Assembly: GCF_004010195.1 (NCBI RefSeq)
Contig: NC_057718.1
Coordinates: forward strand, 9,198,700 to 9,246,787
DNA length: 48,088 nt
Reading direction: 5' to 3'
From: Chiloscyllium plagiosum
Taxonomy: Eukaryota
Of the stretch, positions 47,531-48,088 are shown piece after piece. The position numbers and the translations under genes were made by a program. The first letter of the stretch is position 1. Each line of letters begins with the position of its first letter. The notes beneath the pieces were generated by a model. The model was given only the letters and a program-made list of their open reading frames with translations. It was not told where the DNA came from and ran no database searches.

Positions 47531-47659
47531 CCGGAGCCAGTATCAGGAGAGACAAAACATTGGGAACACAGATACAGCCTGCTTTGGTAGTTCTGTTTAA
47601 GGAACAAATATTGGCCAGGACACAGGCAATAACTCACCTGCTCTTCAGTGACGAGTCAA

Positions 47660-47770
47660 GGAGTCAGAGTCATACAGCACAAAAACAGACCCTTCAGCCC
47701 ATCTCATCCATGCTGGCCAGGATTCCTAAACTGAACTAGTCCCACTCACCTGCATTTGGTCCATATCCAT
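47660..47770 (-). mobile_element. CR1 3' tail fragment
   Basis: YGYGPNAGEWD* plus tail. Confidence 0.75.
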
Positions 47771-47774
47771 ATCT

Positions 47775-48088
47775 TTGGTCCATATCTTCCGTAATTACAC
47801 CGGCACCACTCCCCACCTCTTCCTCCGCTACATTGATGACTGCATTGGCGCCACCTCGTGCTCCCGCGAGGAGGTTGAGCAATTCATCAACTTCACCAAC
47901 ACATTCCATCCTGACCTTAAGTTTACCTGGACCATCTCTGACACCTCCCTCCCCTTCCTGGACCTCTCCATCTCCATCAGTGACGACCGACTTGACACTG
48001 ACATCTTCTACAAACCCACCAACTCCCACAGCTACCTGGATTACACCTCTTCCCACCCTACCTCCTGAAAAAATGCCATCCCGTATTC
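47775..48088 (+). pseudogene. Penelope-like reverse transcriptase fragment (runs off the window)
   Basis: FLRYIDD, FHPDLKFT, LPFLDL, FYKPT..YLDYTSSHP; in-frame stop at 48066-48068. Confidence 0.92.

Overview
Repeat-dense vertebrate non-genic (intergenic or deep-intronic) DNA. It is very likely from a shark or other elasmobranch, judging by abundant HE1-type tRNA-derived V-SINEs and their partner CR1/HER1-type LINEs. There are two N-gaps (~4965-5001, ~14330-14695). I found no host protein-coding gene I can support; nearly all listed ORFs are fragments or antisense shadows of retroelements. Contents: many nested, frameshifted CR1 LINEs (SGNH-esterase ORF1, APE-RT ORF2), a second CR1/L2-group LINE family, L2 and Rex1/Babar remnants, eight HE1 SINEs, two solo LTRs with clean TSDs, a tRNA-Asp(GTC) pseudogene, and Penelope-like elements (PLEs; RT and GIY-YIG fragments). 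The most notable signal is about a dozen minimal hammerhead-ribozyme motifs in two sequence families. Many sit in short (about 90-240 bp), TSD-flanked, non-coding PLE-terminus insertions that fold back as long hairpins, including one perfect 102-bp inverted repeat. Also present are multi-layer TE nesting and an old local duplication that keeps splice-site-like motifs in both copies. All calls are by eye; family names come from recognised motifs, not database searches, and most boundaries are approximate.
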